This document shows, in pieces, positions 36,396-46,144 of a stretch of DNA of 64,000 nucleotides. Numbering within the stretch: the first letter of the stretch is position 1; each line of letters opens with the position of its first letter. Source of the stretch: a virus; IMG/VR virus record IMGVR_UViG_3300045988_152944; one strand, written 5' to 3'. The translations under genes and the position numbers were made by a program. Under the pieces are notes generated by a model. It worked only from the letters and a program-made list of their open reading frames with translations. It did no database searches and had not been told where the DNA came from.

Positions 36396-36605
36396 ATGAA
36401 AAATCAACTCATTCAAGAGACCGCAGCAGGTCTCGCAATGGCAACGGCGTTCACAGACGGCGATTTCAAAGGGATATCGATTATCCTTAATACCGATGGC
36501 GAACAAGCAGAAGTCCGTCTCGACGTTACGTCAGACGGTGAAGCAAGAGTCTTCGTTTACAAAGTGGGCGAAGACGAACCCAGCGACACAATCGTGTTAA
36601 ACTAA
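36396..36605 (+). CDS. hypothetical small protein
   Basis: Start moved to 36396, after TAGGAGG. Confidence 0.55.
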   Translation: MKNQLIQETAAGLAMATAFTDGDFKGISIILNTDGEQAEVRLDVTSDGEARVFVYKVGEDEPSDTIVLN

Positions 36606-36619
36606 AAGGAGGCATAAAA

Positions 36620-37021
36620 ATGGAAAACATCACATTTACACAAGAACAAAAAGAACAAATCAAAAACAATGCGCTCGCCATTGAGCGTTACATCGTCGAA
36701 AACGTCGTCCCGCGTCTTGCGGGCGATGTTCGACTCGAGTTTGGAGGGACTTATCACTGCCCAAGAACAGGAACGGCAACACCGACGTATGTTCTTGTCG
36801 TCAAAAAAGAACCCTACTATTTTTGTGCAGGGTGGAACAAAACCCAAGAAGCCCATGTGGGGCTCGTTTACGGGTTTGGTTCTGCAATGGTGTTGGAGGA
36901 ACGTTTGGCAGACGACCTCTACGCTCTGCTCAAAAATTGGCCCTATCTTAAGGCCAAACTTGAACAAATAATCGCTGATCAAGACGCAGCCAATGCGTTT
37001 ATAAACAATTTCGAAATTTAA
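36620..37021 (+). CDS. hypothetical protein
   Basis: AAAGGAGG upstream. Confidence 0.6.
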   Translation: MENITFTQEQKEQIKNNALAIERYIVENVVPRLAGDVRLEFGGTYHCPRTGTATPTYVLVVKKEPYYFCAGWNKTQEAHVGLVYGFGSAMVLEERLADDLYALLKNWPYLKAKLEQIIADQDAANAFINNFEI

Positions 37022-37034
37022 GGAGGTATCAATA

Positions 37035-37214
37035 ATGAGAACAATTCAAGCACGTATCCATTCCCTGTGCGGTCAATTCGCCGAAGTCACAATCATCAGC
37101 GAAAAAAGCGATAATGACGTTATCGTCGAATATCGCGGCGTTCGCTGCACCGCAATCTACAATCCGTTTGTGGGTTGCTACTACGTAGATGACATCTACG
37201 GTATTATTAAGTAA
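37035..37214 (+). CDS. hypothetical 59-aa protein (below the track cutoff)
   Basis: AGGAGG 8 nt before the ATG. Begins MRTIQARIHSLCGQFAEV. Confidence 0.5.
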   Translation: MRTIQARIHSLCGQFAEVTIISEKSDNDVIVEYRGVRCTAIYNPFVGCYYVDDIYGIIK

Positions 37215-37228
37215 AGGAGGTAATACAG

Positions 37229-37552
37229 ATGAAGTATTATTATGGTAATGATTACAACGAAGCGCACACCAACGCGCCTATCGAAATCACCTCGGTAGAA
37301 CAACTTCGTCAATATACGGAAAACTACAACGTGGTATTCCCGGCTGACGATGAAATCGATCTGGTTCTTGAAGAATTAGATTACACTGAAACAGAAGACG
37401 GGATCGCCGTTGACAAATACATCTTTGATGATTATCAACAAGGAACTTATATTAACATCCAATTTGCTGATGACAATGAGGATGACAATATTTATTCCTA
37501 TAAAATGATCAACGAAGACGACGAAAAAATCTATTTTGAATTTATTGGTTAA
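37229..37552 (+). CDS. hypothetical strongly acidic protein
   Basis: AAAGGAGG upstream; Asp/Glu-rich. Confidence 0.6.
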   Translation: MKYYYGNDYNEAHTNAPIEITSVEQLRQYTENYNVVFPADDEIDLVLEELDYTETEDGIAVDKYIFDDYQQGTYINIQFADDNEDDNIYSYKMINEDDEKIYFEFIG

Positions 37553-37563
37553 AGGAGGACCAT

Positions 37564-37779
37564 ATGAACAAATACGAAATTGCCAAGGAAATAGAGCAAG
37601 AAGATACCCTAAATGCTATTGAGTGTTTGGGGTATGACACCAGTCGTTTGTCTAACGACGAACTCGCAATCATCAATGATGAGTTGCAAGATGCGCTCGC
37701 TAATGATGATATTTACAACGCAATCTATAATGAGGCGCTGCAAGACATTCTTGCAGCGCACAACATCGAACAACTTTAA
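37564..37779 (+). CDS. hypothetical acidic small protein
   Basis: AAAGGAGG upstream. Confidence 0.55.
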   Translation: MNKYEIAKEIEQEDTLNAIECLGYDTSRLSNDELAIINDELQDALANDDIYNAIYNEALQDILAAHNIEQL

Positions 37780-37794
37780 AGGAGGGTCATAGAG

Positions 37795-37971
37795 ATGACA
37801 ATTGAACAAAAACAAGCATTATTACTTACCGCATTGGTTGACGACCTTTGCGAAGAATCTTCTGCAGAAGAAGTATTCGAACGTTTGATCACCGTCGGTG
37901 AAAACTGCGGTATCACCGAAGACGACATCGTTGAAATGGGATTTGCTCCTATGGGCGACGATGAAGAATAA
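37795..37971 (+). CDS. hypothetical 58-aa acidic protein (below the track cutoff)
   Basis: AAAGGAGGG upstream. Begins MTIEQKQALLLTALVDDLCEE. Confidence 0.5.
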   Translation: MTIEQKQALLLTALVDDLCEESSAEEVFERLITVGENCGITEDDIVEMGFAPMGDDEE

Positions 37972-37984
37972 GGAGGTAAAGATA

Positions 37985-38272
37985 ATGACTTTTAAAGAAC
38001 AACTCAAAGTAGCAAACGATAACAATCTCAGCATTCTCGATCTCGAAATCGCCAACGAATGCGACTGCGTATTCGATTTTGACTACACCGATGACGATTT
38101 TGAAGCCCTTTGTGGGGTTATACGAACTGCTTATCTTAAAGCGGAAGCGATGACGATTATAGCACTCGTTCAATGTGTGAGTGATCTTATCACCGATGAA
38201 AATTACACCGTTCAACAAGTGCTTGATGTAACCACTTGGGATCTTGTCGAAAAAGCAAGTTGGTATTGCTAA
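37985..38272 (+). CDS. hypothetical small protein
   Basis: Start moved to 37985, after TAAGGAGG. Confidence 0.55.
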   Translation: MTFKEQLKVANDNNLSILDLEIANECDCVFDFDYTDDDFEALCGVIRTAYLKAEAMTIIALVQCVSDLITDENYTVQQVLDVTTWDLVEKASWYC

Positions 38273-38285
38273 GGAGGTAACAACA

Positions 38286-38882
38286 ATGGTAAAACTCACA
38301 CCGGCACAACTCGAAATGGCAATGAAACCCGAAAATATTGCGGCAAGAGTAGAGCTCCTAAAGGCTATGGACGTTGTCGTCCGTAGCCTTAATGATGAAA
38401 GCGTTATGAGCCTTTGGCTCACCAACGGAATTCCTGACGGAGCTGATGATTCAGATTATGAATTCATCGCAGAAGACGTCGCAACCCCCGAATATGAGGA
38501 TGGTGATATTTCTTGCTTTGAAGAAACTTGTCGCTGTTTTACGGCGTGCATCGCCGCAGGAGCAAAGTATAGTTATTATAGCGGTGGAGTGCTCGGCGAC
38601 ATCCGACCTGCTTCCAAAATTAAAAAGTCCATCGCAACGTGGGCAAACATTCAGACAGAAGATTTCCTCTTCCGTTGGTATATTGCAAACCTTCACATGA
38701 GCGGCGTGGTTACAGCAAAGAACGTGGTCGCCCCGACGGAGAAAATCCTCAAATATGTTAAGGAACACTTTATTGAAAACGATTGTTTCAACAGAGAAAA
38801 GATTGAAAATCTCTCTGAAGACGACATCCAAGTATGGATCGACTGCGAACAGAACGACGGCGTGCTCGTCCTAAGTTATTAA
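38286..38882 (+). CDS. hypothetical protein
   Basis: Start moved to 38286, after TAAGGAGG. Confidence 0.6.
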   Translation: MVKLTPAQLEMAMKPENIAARVELLKAMDVVVRSLNDESVMSLWLTNGIPDGADDSDYEFIAEDVATPEYEDGDISCFEETCRCFTACIAAGAKYSYYSGGVLGDIRPASKIKKSIATWANIQTEDFLFRWYIANLHMSGVVTAKNVVAPTEKILKYVKEHFIENDCFNREKIENLSEDDIQVWIDCEQNDGVLVLSY

Positions 38883-38896
38883 AGGAGGTATAGAAC

Positions 38897-39166
38897 ATGT
38901 ACAGAAACATTTTAGCTGTCATCGATGTCGATGACACAATCAATAATGGTCAAGTGATTGACACATTGGAACAAAAGATGGATGGGGACATCCACATCCA
39001 TCTCGACAGCGCTGTTATTCTTGATGAAGACAGCGACAGTATGCACGAACGCTATCTGCGTTATCTGCAAGACTGGATTATCGATCATTGTGATGACTAT
39101 TTTGAAGGCAGCTCTCCGGCGTGCTTTGAAGAATGGAAAGACAATGAATACGCATACAACAATTAA
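38897..39166 (+). CDS. hypothetical acidic small protein
   Basis: AAAGGAGG upstream. Confidence 0.55.
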   Translation: MYRNILAVIDVDDTINNGQVIDTLEQKMDGDIHIHLDSAVILDEDSDSMHERYLRYLQDWIIDHCDDYFEGSSPACFEEWKDNEYAYNN

Positions 39167-39178
39167 AGGAGGATATAT

Positions 39179-39571
39179 ATGTTTACTGAAAAAACAGCAC
39201 AAGGTTATCAAATCGTTACAATTATTCCCGATGGCAGTCGGGAACACGTCATCGCAAAACGTGAGATGTTTTGGGGTGATGACTACTTCGTCGGCCTCGG
39301 TTACAATCGGGCTGACGGCACTTGGAGTCAAGGGATGTATTCGTGGAGCACAGCCGACGAGGCGCTTCAGGCTTTGATTGAAGAGAAATATTCTTTTACA
39401 AAGAACTCTCTCATCAAGCGTTTATTGCGCTACGTGGAAGCAAATTCCGAGGGCGCGGAACAGTTGTACCAAACCCTCATTGGAGAAATCCAAATGACCG
39501 AAAGCGAAATCGATGATTGGGGATACGGATATTGTATCCCTGAAGAGGAGAATCAAGATGAAAATGATTAA
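39179..39571 (+). CDS. hypothetical protein
   Basis: AAAGGAGG upstream. Confidence 0.6.
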   Translation: MFTEKTAQGYQIVTIIPDGSREHVIAKREMFWGDDYFVGLGYNRADGTWSQGMYSWSTADEALQALIEEKYSFTKNSLIKRLLRYVEANSEGAEQLYQTLIGEIQMTESEIDDWGYGYCIPEEENQDEND

Positions 39572-39983
39572 CATTGTGAAAGAAGGTTTCAATGTTGAGT
39601 GTTATATTGACAGAGATTATAATGTCGATATAAACATCAACAACAACAACGTCACATATTGTGATGGAGAAATCGTAAGCAATAACGCTGAGGTTGAAGG
39701 CGTTACTCCCCAAGAGTGGATTGAAGCTTTTGTGGTCGAGCCACTCGAAACAGCGGAGACACTTGAACAAGTGCTCGACGAGCTTGACCTCCCCTATGTA
39801 ATTGGAGATACGGTTTATGACCTAATTGATGACTACACGGCAAGTGATGCGTATTCGGCAGAAGATGTTGACCTGCTACGGGGGTTGTCACCAGAACGTC
39901 TCCAAGAGATGTTCAGTTGCACTGAAGGCATTGCCTTTATCAAAACAAAAAATCAATATGCTCTTGTATGGGCAGAAAACTAA
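39558..39983 (+). CDS. hypothetical acidic protein
   Basis: Start moved to 39558, after GAAGAGGAG. Overlaps the upstream gene by 14 nt. Confidence 0.5.
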   Translation: MKMINIVKEGFNVECYIDRDYNVDININNNNVTYCDGEIVSNNAEVEGVTPQEWIEAFVVEPLETAETLEQVLDELDLPYVIGDTVYDLIDDYTASDAYSAEDVDLLRGLSPERLQEMFSCTEGIAFIKTKNQYALVWAEN

Positions 39984-39993
39984 GGAGGTTTAT

Positions 39994-40935
39994 ATGAAAC
40001 AAACAATTTTACATCAAAAACTCAAAGCATTTCTCGACGATCGATATGGGTCGTGGGCTTGGGATGAACAATACCAATGCTACTACGACGAACCTTATCG
40101 TTCTTATGATGATATCATTGATGACAAAACCATCGGCTACATTTTAGATTCAAACTATCCTATGGAGGAGTTGGAAGATAAATGCTACGATTGGTGGGAA
40201 GACGCCGCATGGCAGTGTGAGATGGAACTGGTTAAAGAGTTTCAGAAAACTCTCACACGTCAGTCGTGGGATGACGACCAAATCCGTGAAGAACTCGAAT
40301 CAATGTGGTATTTCAAATACCCAATTGATGAGTATCTAAAACAGGAAGTCGATGTCGACATTTGTATTGATACGGGTGACGCCAACTACGATTACACACT
40401 CAACGCGGTATATCCACATTACAATGGCCGTACGGGTGACGTGATCGATGACGACGCCTCATTGGTGTGGTTGGCAAAAACTCAAGGTTACTCAAAAGAA
40501 CAACTTCAACACGCATTCAACACATTTGAGGACAGCCTTGAACGTCACGGTTTCTTAGAAACTGTATACGACGAGGTGCTCAATTGTTCAACGCCAATGC
40601 CAGCACTCGTATTTCCCGTAAAAATGTCTCTTGGCAAGTTAATTGAACTGTATGAAGTTATGCACAAGAGAGACCAAGAAGGATACGAGTGGTATTCCGA
40701 AAACCGTGAAGATTGTGGTTCAATCATCGTCGATAAAAACGTTGATTGTACACTTTACGACTTTTGGGATGGCGGCGGAGGATGCTGGGGAATCGAACTT
40801 GAAAAAGATGTCGAAATCCCTATTAAGTATATCAAAAGTGCCGAACCCGATGGGGCGAAAACATATTCAATGAAATCTTGTTACGGTTGCAACAGCGATT
40901 GTTGGAAAGACGCCGTCAAAGAATACAAATTCTAA
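39994..40935 (+). CDS. hypothetical 313-aa acidic, Trp/Tyr-rich protein
   Basis: Start moved to 39994, after TAAGGAGG. Confidence 0.6.
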   Translation: MKQTILHQKLKAFLDDRYGSWAWDEQYQCYYDEPYRSYDDIIDDKTIGYILDSNYPMEELEDKCYDWWEDAAWQCEMELVKEFQKTLTRQSWDDDQIREELESMWYFKYPIDEYLKQEVDVDICIDTGDANYDYTLNAVYPHYNGRTGDVIDDDASLVWLAKTQGYSKEQLQHAFNTFEDSLERHGFLETVYDEVLNCSTPMPALVFPVKMSLGKLIELYEVMHKRDQEGYEWYSENREDCGSIIVDKNVDCTLYDFWDGGGGCWGIELEKDVEIPIKYIKSAEPDGAKTYSMKSCYGCNSDCWKDAVKEYKF

Positions 40936-40995
40936 ATCAATCACGATGTGCTATCGACGTTACGGGCAAAATAAATAAATAGGAGAATCAAAATT

Positions 40996-41313
40996 ATGGA
41001 AAAGAAATGTGTTTACTTAGTGGTCATCGACTACGCCGATTGCAGTGGTGACAGTGATCAAACAATCAAGGCGTTTGAGCGCCAAGAAGCCGCAAAGGCG
41101 TTGTATGACATTTGCATCAAAGAGACGAAAATGAACGACTATCCCGAATACTTTGATAGAGACGGGAGTTTCAACGAAGACGAGTACGGCGACACCTTTG
41201 CTTGTGACGAATTTATATCACCAGAGGGCGAATCGTTTTCGTTTTATGAAGACGGTTTTTACAAACAAGAACACTACACCGTTTATTGGCGTAAACTTGA
41301 AGTGCTCGAATAA
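40996..41313 (+). CDS. hypothetical acidic protein
   Basis: TAGGAG upstream. Confidence 0.6.
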   Translation: MEKKCVYLVVIDYADCSGDSDQTIKAFERQEAAKALYDICIKETKMNDYPEYFDRDGSFNEDEYGDTFACDEFISPEGESFSFYEDGFYKQEHYTVYWRKLEVLE

Positions 41314-41338
41314 GTGAAACAAAAAGGAGAACACAAAA

Positions 41339-41518
41339 ATGGTTAAAACCTATCAACAACACAAAACAGAAACAAGAGAACAAGCCATCGAATGGCAACG
41401 CGAATTCGAAAATCAAAATTACTCCTGGTCGGAACTCGCTGACTGGGCAGCACATTTTGAGAAACGCGGTAAAAGATACGGACTCTTAAAAGAGTTTAAA
41501 GAAAATGGTATTTGTTAA
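41339..41518 (+). CDS. hypothetical 59-aa protein (below the track cutoff)
   Basis: AAAAGGAG upstream. Begins MVKTYQQHKTETREQAIEWQREFENQ. Confidence 0.5.
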   Translation: MVKTYQQHKTETREQAIEWQREFENQNYSWSELADWAAHFEKRGKRYGLLKEFKENGIC

Positions 41519-41532
41519 GGAGGTGAACAACT

Positions 41533-42045
41533 ATGCCAAATTGGTGTGAAAACACATTATCAATTAAAGGAACAAAAGAACAAATCGTCGACTTCAACAA
41601 AAGATATCTTCCAAACGGAACCTTTTCTTTTGAAAATGTCATTTCCTCTCCACAAACTATAGAGGAATGCCCCGAAGACTATATTCTTCACAACGAAAAA
41701 GAAGCAAACAAACACTGCCTTTTGTGGGACCCAACACAACCCAGAAATTGGTTCAACTGGTATGATTGGAATTGCCATTATTGGGGGTGCAAATGGGACG
41801 CTACGGTAATGAATGTCGAACAAAACGACGAATCTATCAAAATCCTCTTCGACACCCCCTGGAGTCCATCAATCCCCGTTATCGAGAAACTTATCGTAGA
41901 TAACCCGCAACTCGAAATCGAGTGTGAGTATTTCGAACCAGGAATGTGGTTTGCAGGACTAATCACGAAGGAAGGTTGCGAAGAGCTTTCTGATGAAGAG
42001 ATATCGAACATGTATCCAGAATGGTGCGAACCGGTGGAAGAATAA
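41533..42045 (+). CDS. MPNWC-motif protein (Api92/DUF1281-like ferredoxin-fold family, putative), copy 1
   Basis: N-terminus MPNWCENTLSIKGTKEQ; TAAGGAGG upstream. A paralog lies at 57494..58006. Confidence 0.5.
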   Translation: MPNWCENTLSIKGTKEQIVDFNKRYLPNGTFSFENVISSPQTIEECPEDYILHNEKEANKHCLLWDPTQPRNWFNWYDWNCHYWGCKWDATVMNVEQNDESIKILFDTPWSPSIPVIEKLIVDNPQLEIECEYFEPGMWFAGLITKEGCEELSDEEISNMYPEWCEPVEE

Positions 42046-42057
42046 AGGAGGTATAAT

Positions 42058-42732
42058 ATGAATAAACAAATGCAAACGAAACAATTGAGCCAGTGGCTTA
42101 AAGAAAGCGTCGATTGGGTAATCGACCATCAAGAAGGTTGTTGTACTTTTACCTTGGATGACCACCTCGCCGTGTGCGTTGGTTGGTCGGGAGGTTACAC
42201 AGATGAACCCGATGAAGGTTTGATTCAAGCAATCGATGATTTGACGTTCGCCGTCAACGTCGCCCTTAAAGTCTGGACTTCAGATAGTATGAGAACCGAT
42301 CTTGACTACATCAACGCCCCGTATTACCCAAACGGAGATGTAGCCGATATCGCAGTATCAATTTCTGAAGATGAAGATTATGATAAGTTGGCCGAGTACT
42401 TCCTTAAAGAGTATGAAGGTTTTAAATCTGTCGTAATTTCAGATAATGGTGAAATCACCGAAAACCCCAATCTTGATTATGAGATTGAAGGACGTTATTT
42501 CACCTGGTATGAAATCGACCGTACCAATGTAGGTAAAGATACGTATGTATTGTTTGAATCTTGTGAATACGGCGATGAAGCCGGCGCCATTCTGGTCCAA
42601 CTTCCAAATACACCGTTGGAAATCAAGAGATTATCCACCGGCGAACTCGTGTATGTCATTCCAGAAGACTGCGAAATTGCAGAAACCTTCGATGATCTCA
42701 TCACCGCTTTAGAGGATAACGATATCTTATAA
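42058..42732 (+). CDS. hypothetical acidic protein
   Basis: AAAGGAGG upstream. Confidence 0.6.
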   Translation: MNKQMQTKQLSQWLKESVDWVIDHQEGCCTFTLDDHLAVCVGWSGGYTDEPDEGLIQAIDDLTFAVNVALKVWTSDSMRTDLDYINAPYYPNGDVADIAVSISEDEDYDKLAEYFLKEYEGFKSVVISDNGEITENPNLDYEIEGRYFTWYEIDRTNVGKDTYVLFESCEYGDEAGAILVQLPNTPLEIKRLSTGELVYVIPEDCEIAETFDDLITALEDNDIL

Positions 42733-42785
42733 TCACAACCACCTTGGGACACTTTCCTGTTTAGAAAGCCGAAAAAGGAAATTTT

Positions 42786-43010
42786 ATGAAAACTTTTTAC
42801 ATTTCGGTCACTGAGACCTTGAACAGAATCATTGAAGTTCACGCAGAGGACAAAGATGAAGCAATTCAAAAAGTGAGCGATGCTTACTACGATGGACAAG
42901 TCGTCCTTGACTCGGAGGATTACGTGGATGTCGATTTCAACGACGAAACGGAAGAAACAATCAACAATTACGAACTCGGCGGAATGCCAAAATTCTACGA
43001 AGTGCAATAA
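42786..43010 (+). CDS. hypothetical small protein
   Basis: AAAGGAA upstream. Confidence 0.5.
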   Translation: MKTFYISVTETLNRIIEVHAEDKDEAIQKVSDAYYDGQVVLDSEDYVDVDFNDETEETINNYELGGMPKFYEVQ

Positions 43011-43022
43011 GGAGGCGTCTAA

Positions 43023-43247
43023 ATGATAAAACGATTAGGACGAACCATTTGTGTCAAATGCAGCGAAATAGTATGGGACACAGACGGCGACAAAAAATTA
43101 GCAAGAACCTTACCTCAAAGTTGTGATATCAACATCGAGGATTACGAAGATGGCGATGATTTGGATGATGAAATCGCCGACGCTCTTTCCGATTTAACCG
43201 GATTCTGCGTAGAAGGATTCAATTACACAATTAAAAATAATAAATAA
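43023..43247 (+). CDS. hypothetical small acidic protein
   Basis: TAAGGAGG upstream. Confidence 0.55.
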   Translation: MIKRLGRTICVKCSEIVWDTDGDKKLARTLPQSCDINIEDYEDGDDLDDEIADALSDLTGFCVEGFNYTIKNNK

Positions 43248-43264
43248 AAAGGAGATAACAAATT

Positions 43265-43675
43265 ATGAAATTTAATTCTATTTACAAAAATGGCAAACCC
43301 GATTACTTCTTCATCACAATCGACAGCAAAAAAGGTGAACGCGCGTTCATCCAACCCTACTTTATCGTCACCGACATCGATCACCCGCGTCGTGGTCGTA
43401 TCAAAGAGATGAACGTTCTCGTGAATACAAACGGTGTAATCGTCTATTACGGCAAAGCGACGCACGGTTACGGGTATTCACACTCGGCTGATGTCTACGG
43501 TGAACTCATCGACATTATTAGGGATTCCTACGGGAAAGAGCTGACAGATGCCGAAGAGAAAGAGCTTCGCAAAATCAACACTCACGATGATGAATTGACG
43601 TTGTCGCCCGAATTGCTTGAACATCTCGCGGAACTTAACAACGTTGCTCTTTATGGAAAATTCAACAATCTTTAA
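43265..43675 (+). CDS. hypothetical protein
   Basis: AAAGGAG upstream. Confidence 0.6.
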   Translation: MKFNSIYKNGKPDYFFITIDSKKGERAFIQPYFIVTDIDHPRRGRIKEMNVLVNTNGVIVYYGKATHGYGYSHSADVYGELIDIIRDSYGKELTDAEEKELRKINTHDDELTLSPELLEHLAELNNVALYGKFNNL

Positions 43676-43685
43676 CATTATTACT

Positions 43686-43723
43686 CACAGGCGCTTGACA
43701 AACTCAGGCGCCTGTGATATAAT
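43686..43723 (+). promoter_or_regulatory. internal promoter TTGACA-N17-TATAAT embedded in a 9-bp hairpin
   Basis: -35 at 43695..43700 lies in the loop. The stem is CACAGGCGC (43686..43694) with GCGCCTGTG (43708..43716). -10 at 43718..43723. Confidence 0.6.
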
Positions 43724-43737
43724 TAGGAGGTATTACT

Positions 43738-43983
43738 ATGGCACTTAGAACAATAAATGGATTAGCAATTTGCAACAAAGATGATTATGAGCAATTCTTT
43801 AACTTGCGCACAAACAACGGGATGAAAAACCCGTTTTCTGAGGAAAAAATCAAGAAAATCATCGAAGACTGGGATGATCTTGTATTAGCCAATGATGACC
43901 TGTGGGCCATTTATTGGGATATGTTGCGACAAGCAATTCAAGACAATTCAGAAGAAATCAATGCACAATGTGCAAATATTTAG
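43738..43983 (+). CDS. hypothetical small protein
   Basis: TAGGAGG upstream. Confidence 0.55.
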   Translation: MALRTINGLAICNKDDYEQFFNLRTNNGMKNPFSEEKIKKIIEDWDDLVLANDDLWAIYWDMLRQAIQDNSEEINAQCANI

Positions 43984-43993
43984 GAGGTGTTTT

Positions 43994-44308
43994 ATGGAAC
44001 TGACCAACTACAAAACTTACAAAAAAGAAATGGAACGCATCGGCTACGACGCAGATATGACGCTCGACATGATCGAGCGTTGGGCGTCTGAATGCGACGG
44101 AAGTTATGGCTCACGCGATATTCACTATTGCGACCATTATCACCACGATTTCGCATTCGACTTGGTACGGCCGGCGTATTGGGAAATTTGCGACGAAGCC
44201 ACAGATCGTAGAATTTGCGTTGACAAATGTACGAATTGTGGCGATTTGAAGCCTGGCACTTATATAGGGGATGTGGTAATTGAACCTATATACAGATTTA
44301 GAAAATAA
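43994..44308 (+). CDS. hypothetical Cys/His-rich protein
   Basis: Start moved to 43994, after TAGGAGG. Confidence 0.55.
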   Translation: MELTNYKTYKKEMERIGYDADMTLDMIERWASECDGSYGSRDIHYCDHYHHDFAFDLVRPAYWEICDEATDRRICVDKCTNCGDLKPGTYIGDVVIEPIYRFRK

Positions 44309-44321
44309 TAGGAGGTGGCAC

Positions 44322-44525
44322 ATGTTTAAAGACTATAGTTTTTATGTCAAATGCAACGACAATCCTTTAATATTGGTTAAAGTTGTTGCAGACAATTATG
44401 ACGAAGCTATAAAGTTTGCAAAAAGCTCATATGCTTCGGAATGCTCAATCTACGCCGACGATCGTGCAAATGATTGGCATATCGCTCCGCAATATTGCTA
44501 TTGTATTAATAGGAGGTCTATATGA
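44322..44525 (+). CDS. hypothetical small protein
   Basis: Start moved to 44322, after TAGGAGG. Confidence 0.55.
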   Translation: MFKDYSFYVKCNDNPLILVKVVADNYDEAIKFAKSSYASECSIYADDRANDWHIAPQYCYCINRRSI

Positions 44526-44752
44526 ACACAACAATTCAAACAGAAGCAGTGGAGGTTTGTCCCTTCTGCGAACAAGAAAACGTTTATCCCAATTGGGATG
44601 TCAGCAAGCAAGGCTACGTCGCCCAATGTCAGCATTGTGGTAAATTGATTATGCTTTGCGACGAATGTATGCGCGATGAGGATTCGTGCATTACTTGCAA
44701 CTGGACAAAGGAGCACAATTGCTTCAGAGCTCCAGACTTATATCGTGATTAA
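44522..44752 (+). CDS. zinc-ribbon mini-protein
   Basis: CPFCEQ..CQHCG..CDEC..CITC; TAGGAGG upstream. Confidence 0.55.
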   Translation: MNTTIQTEAVEVCPFCEQENVYPNWDVSKQGYVAQCQHCGKLIMLCDECMRDEDSCITCNWTKEHNCFRAPDLYRD

Positions 44753-44766
44753 TAGGAGGTGTCACA

Positions 44767-45159
44767 ATGAATGACAAACAATTAGAGGCCGCAAGGTCAC
44801 AACTTAGCAATGAAATCGCAGCCATTGGCTACGGTTGGATCAACGGGAAATATCGTAATCCCCCTAAGAAATATCGCCTGCGTGAAAAAGAATTCGATTG
44901 CATCGATATGATTAACTCTCTGTTGTGTTATAGTTATAGCGGCTACTCAGACGATGCGGCTTGGATTCTTCACGACGAACTTAACAGTTATCATTCGTAT
45001 CTTGCATCGTATGTAGATACACTTGGAGAAAAACGAGTAATCGAGTTGATTCAAGGACAGATTGATGATATTGAACGAGTGGGCTACTCGGTATATACCG
45101 ACAGTGAAGGGTGTACATATAACACCCTTATTTGGGAAAACGCGGAGGTAGCGAAATGA
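44767..45159 (+). CDS. hypothetical protein
   Basis: TAGGAGG upstream. Confidence 0.6.
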   Translation: MNDKQLEAARSQLSNEIAAIGYGWINGKYRNPPKKYRLREKEFDCIDMINSLLCYSYSGYSDDAAWILHDELNSYHSYLASYVDTLGEKRVIELIQGQIDDIERVGYSVYTDSEGCTYNTLIWENAEVAK

Positions 45160-45341
45160 CAATTAAAGCACAAGAACTACTGCAAGAATTATATGACGAT
45201 ACGTCGTTTGCCATTGACAGCGATACGGGTAACGCCGATGTAAATAAAGCATTAAAAACAATCGAAAATAACATTAACGAACTATTTAAGATGGCACTTT
45301 TAGAAAAGGCAAAAAAATATAACATAAAAATCAGGAGGTAA
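45156..45341 (+). CDS. hypothetical small protein
   Basis: Start moved to 45156, after GCGGAGG. Confidence 0.5.
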   Translation: MTIKAQELLQELYDDTSFAIDSDTGNADVNKALKTIENNINELFKMALLEKAKKYNIKIRR

Positions 45342-45346
45342 TAAAA

Positions 45347-45697
45347 ATGTGGGTAGAAATTGATAATGAAAAAGCATTAGATATTCTTATGGATAGGGTA
45401 GCGTATTGGACAGACGATATGGAAGTACAGGAGTTGTACAATAAAATGTATGATAATATGGTTTTCGGCGGAGTTTTTGACCACGGCGAGTTCGACGTGA
45501 ACGCTATTGTTGATAACGATTATATTAACTATACAAAAGTTGTAAGCAAGGGCGATGACGAATACGACGAACTTTTGAAAGTTTATAAGGACAACGACTG
45601 CTGCTGCGGCGATGTGTCTTGCAATACGACAATTTGTGATTATATTGAAGCGGTTGACAACGAAGAAGAGCCGACAATGTTTCTTATCAGAATGTAA
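45347..45697 (+). CDS. hypothetical acidic protein
   Basis: CAGGAGG upstream. Confidence 0.6.
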   Translation: MWVEIDNEKALDILMDRVAYWTDDMEVQELYNKMYDNMVFGGVFDHGEFDVNAIVDNDYINYTKVVSKGDDEYDELLKVYKDNDCCCGDVSCNTTICDYIEAVDNEEEPTMFLIRM

Positions 45698-45717
45698 TAA
45701 AACGGAGGTAACTAATT

Positions 45718-46095
45718 ATGGGAAAAGCAGTAGCAATTAGTACATACGATATTGATCAAATCCGTAACATTATCAACGGCTTCAGTTACGACACTCTTGT
45801 TGAGTGTTGCTCACAATTAGACGGCGACGCAGCCGTCTATCCTATGGATGACTTCGACGAAGTAATGGACTATCTTAAACCTTGGGACCTGGCTCGAGCA
45901 GTGTATTATGGGGAGTTTGAACCTATACACAGTTATTTCCGAGTTAACGTCTATGGAAATCTCGAATCATCCAACGCCCCTATCGAAGATGGGTGGATAG
46001 ACATTGACGAACTTGCTATATATGCCGTCGATTACAATGAAGACTTCGGTGATAATGAAATTTGTTCACTCCTCGACCAATGGGAAAAGGAATAA
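45718..46095 (+). CDS. hypothetical acidic protein
   Basis: ACGGAGG upstream. Confidence 0.6.
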   Translation: MGKAVAISTYDIDQIRNIINGFSYDTLVECCSQLDGDAAVYPMDDFDEVMDYLKPWDLARAVYYGEFEPIHSYFRVNVYGNLESSNAPIEDGWIDIDELAIYAVDYNEDFGDNEICSLLDQWEKE

Positions 46096-46144
46096 AAAAA
46101 TAATGAAGAGGTGGCTGAATAAGCCGCCTCGAAGGAGATAAAAA

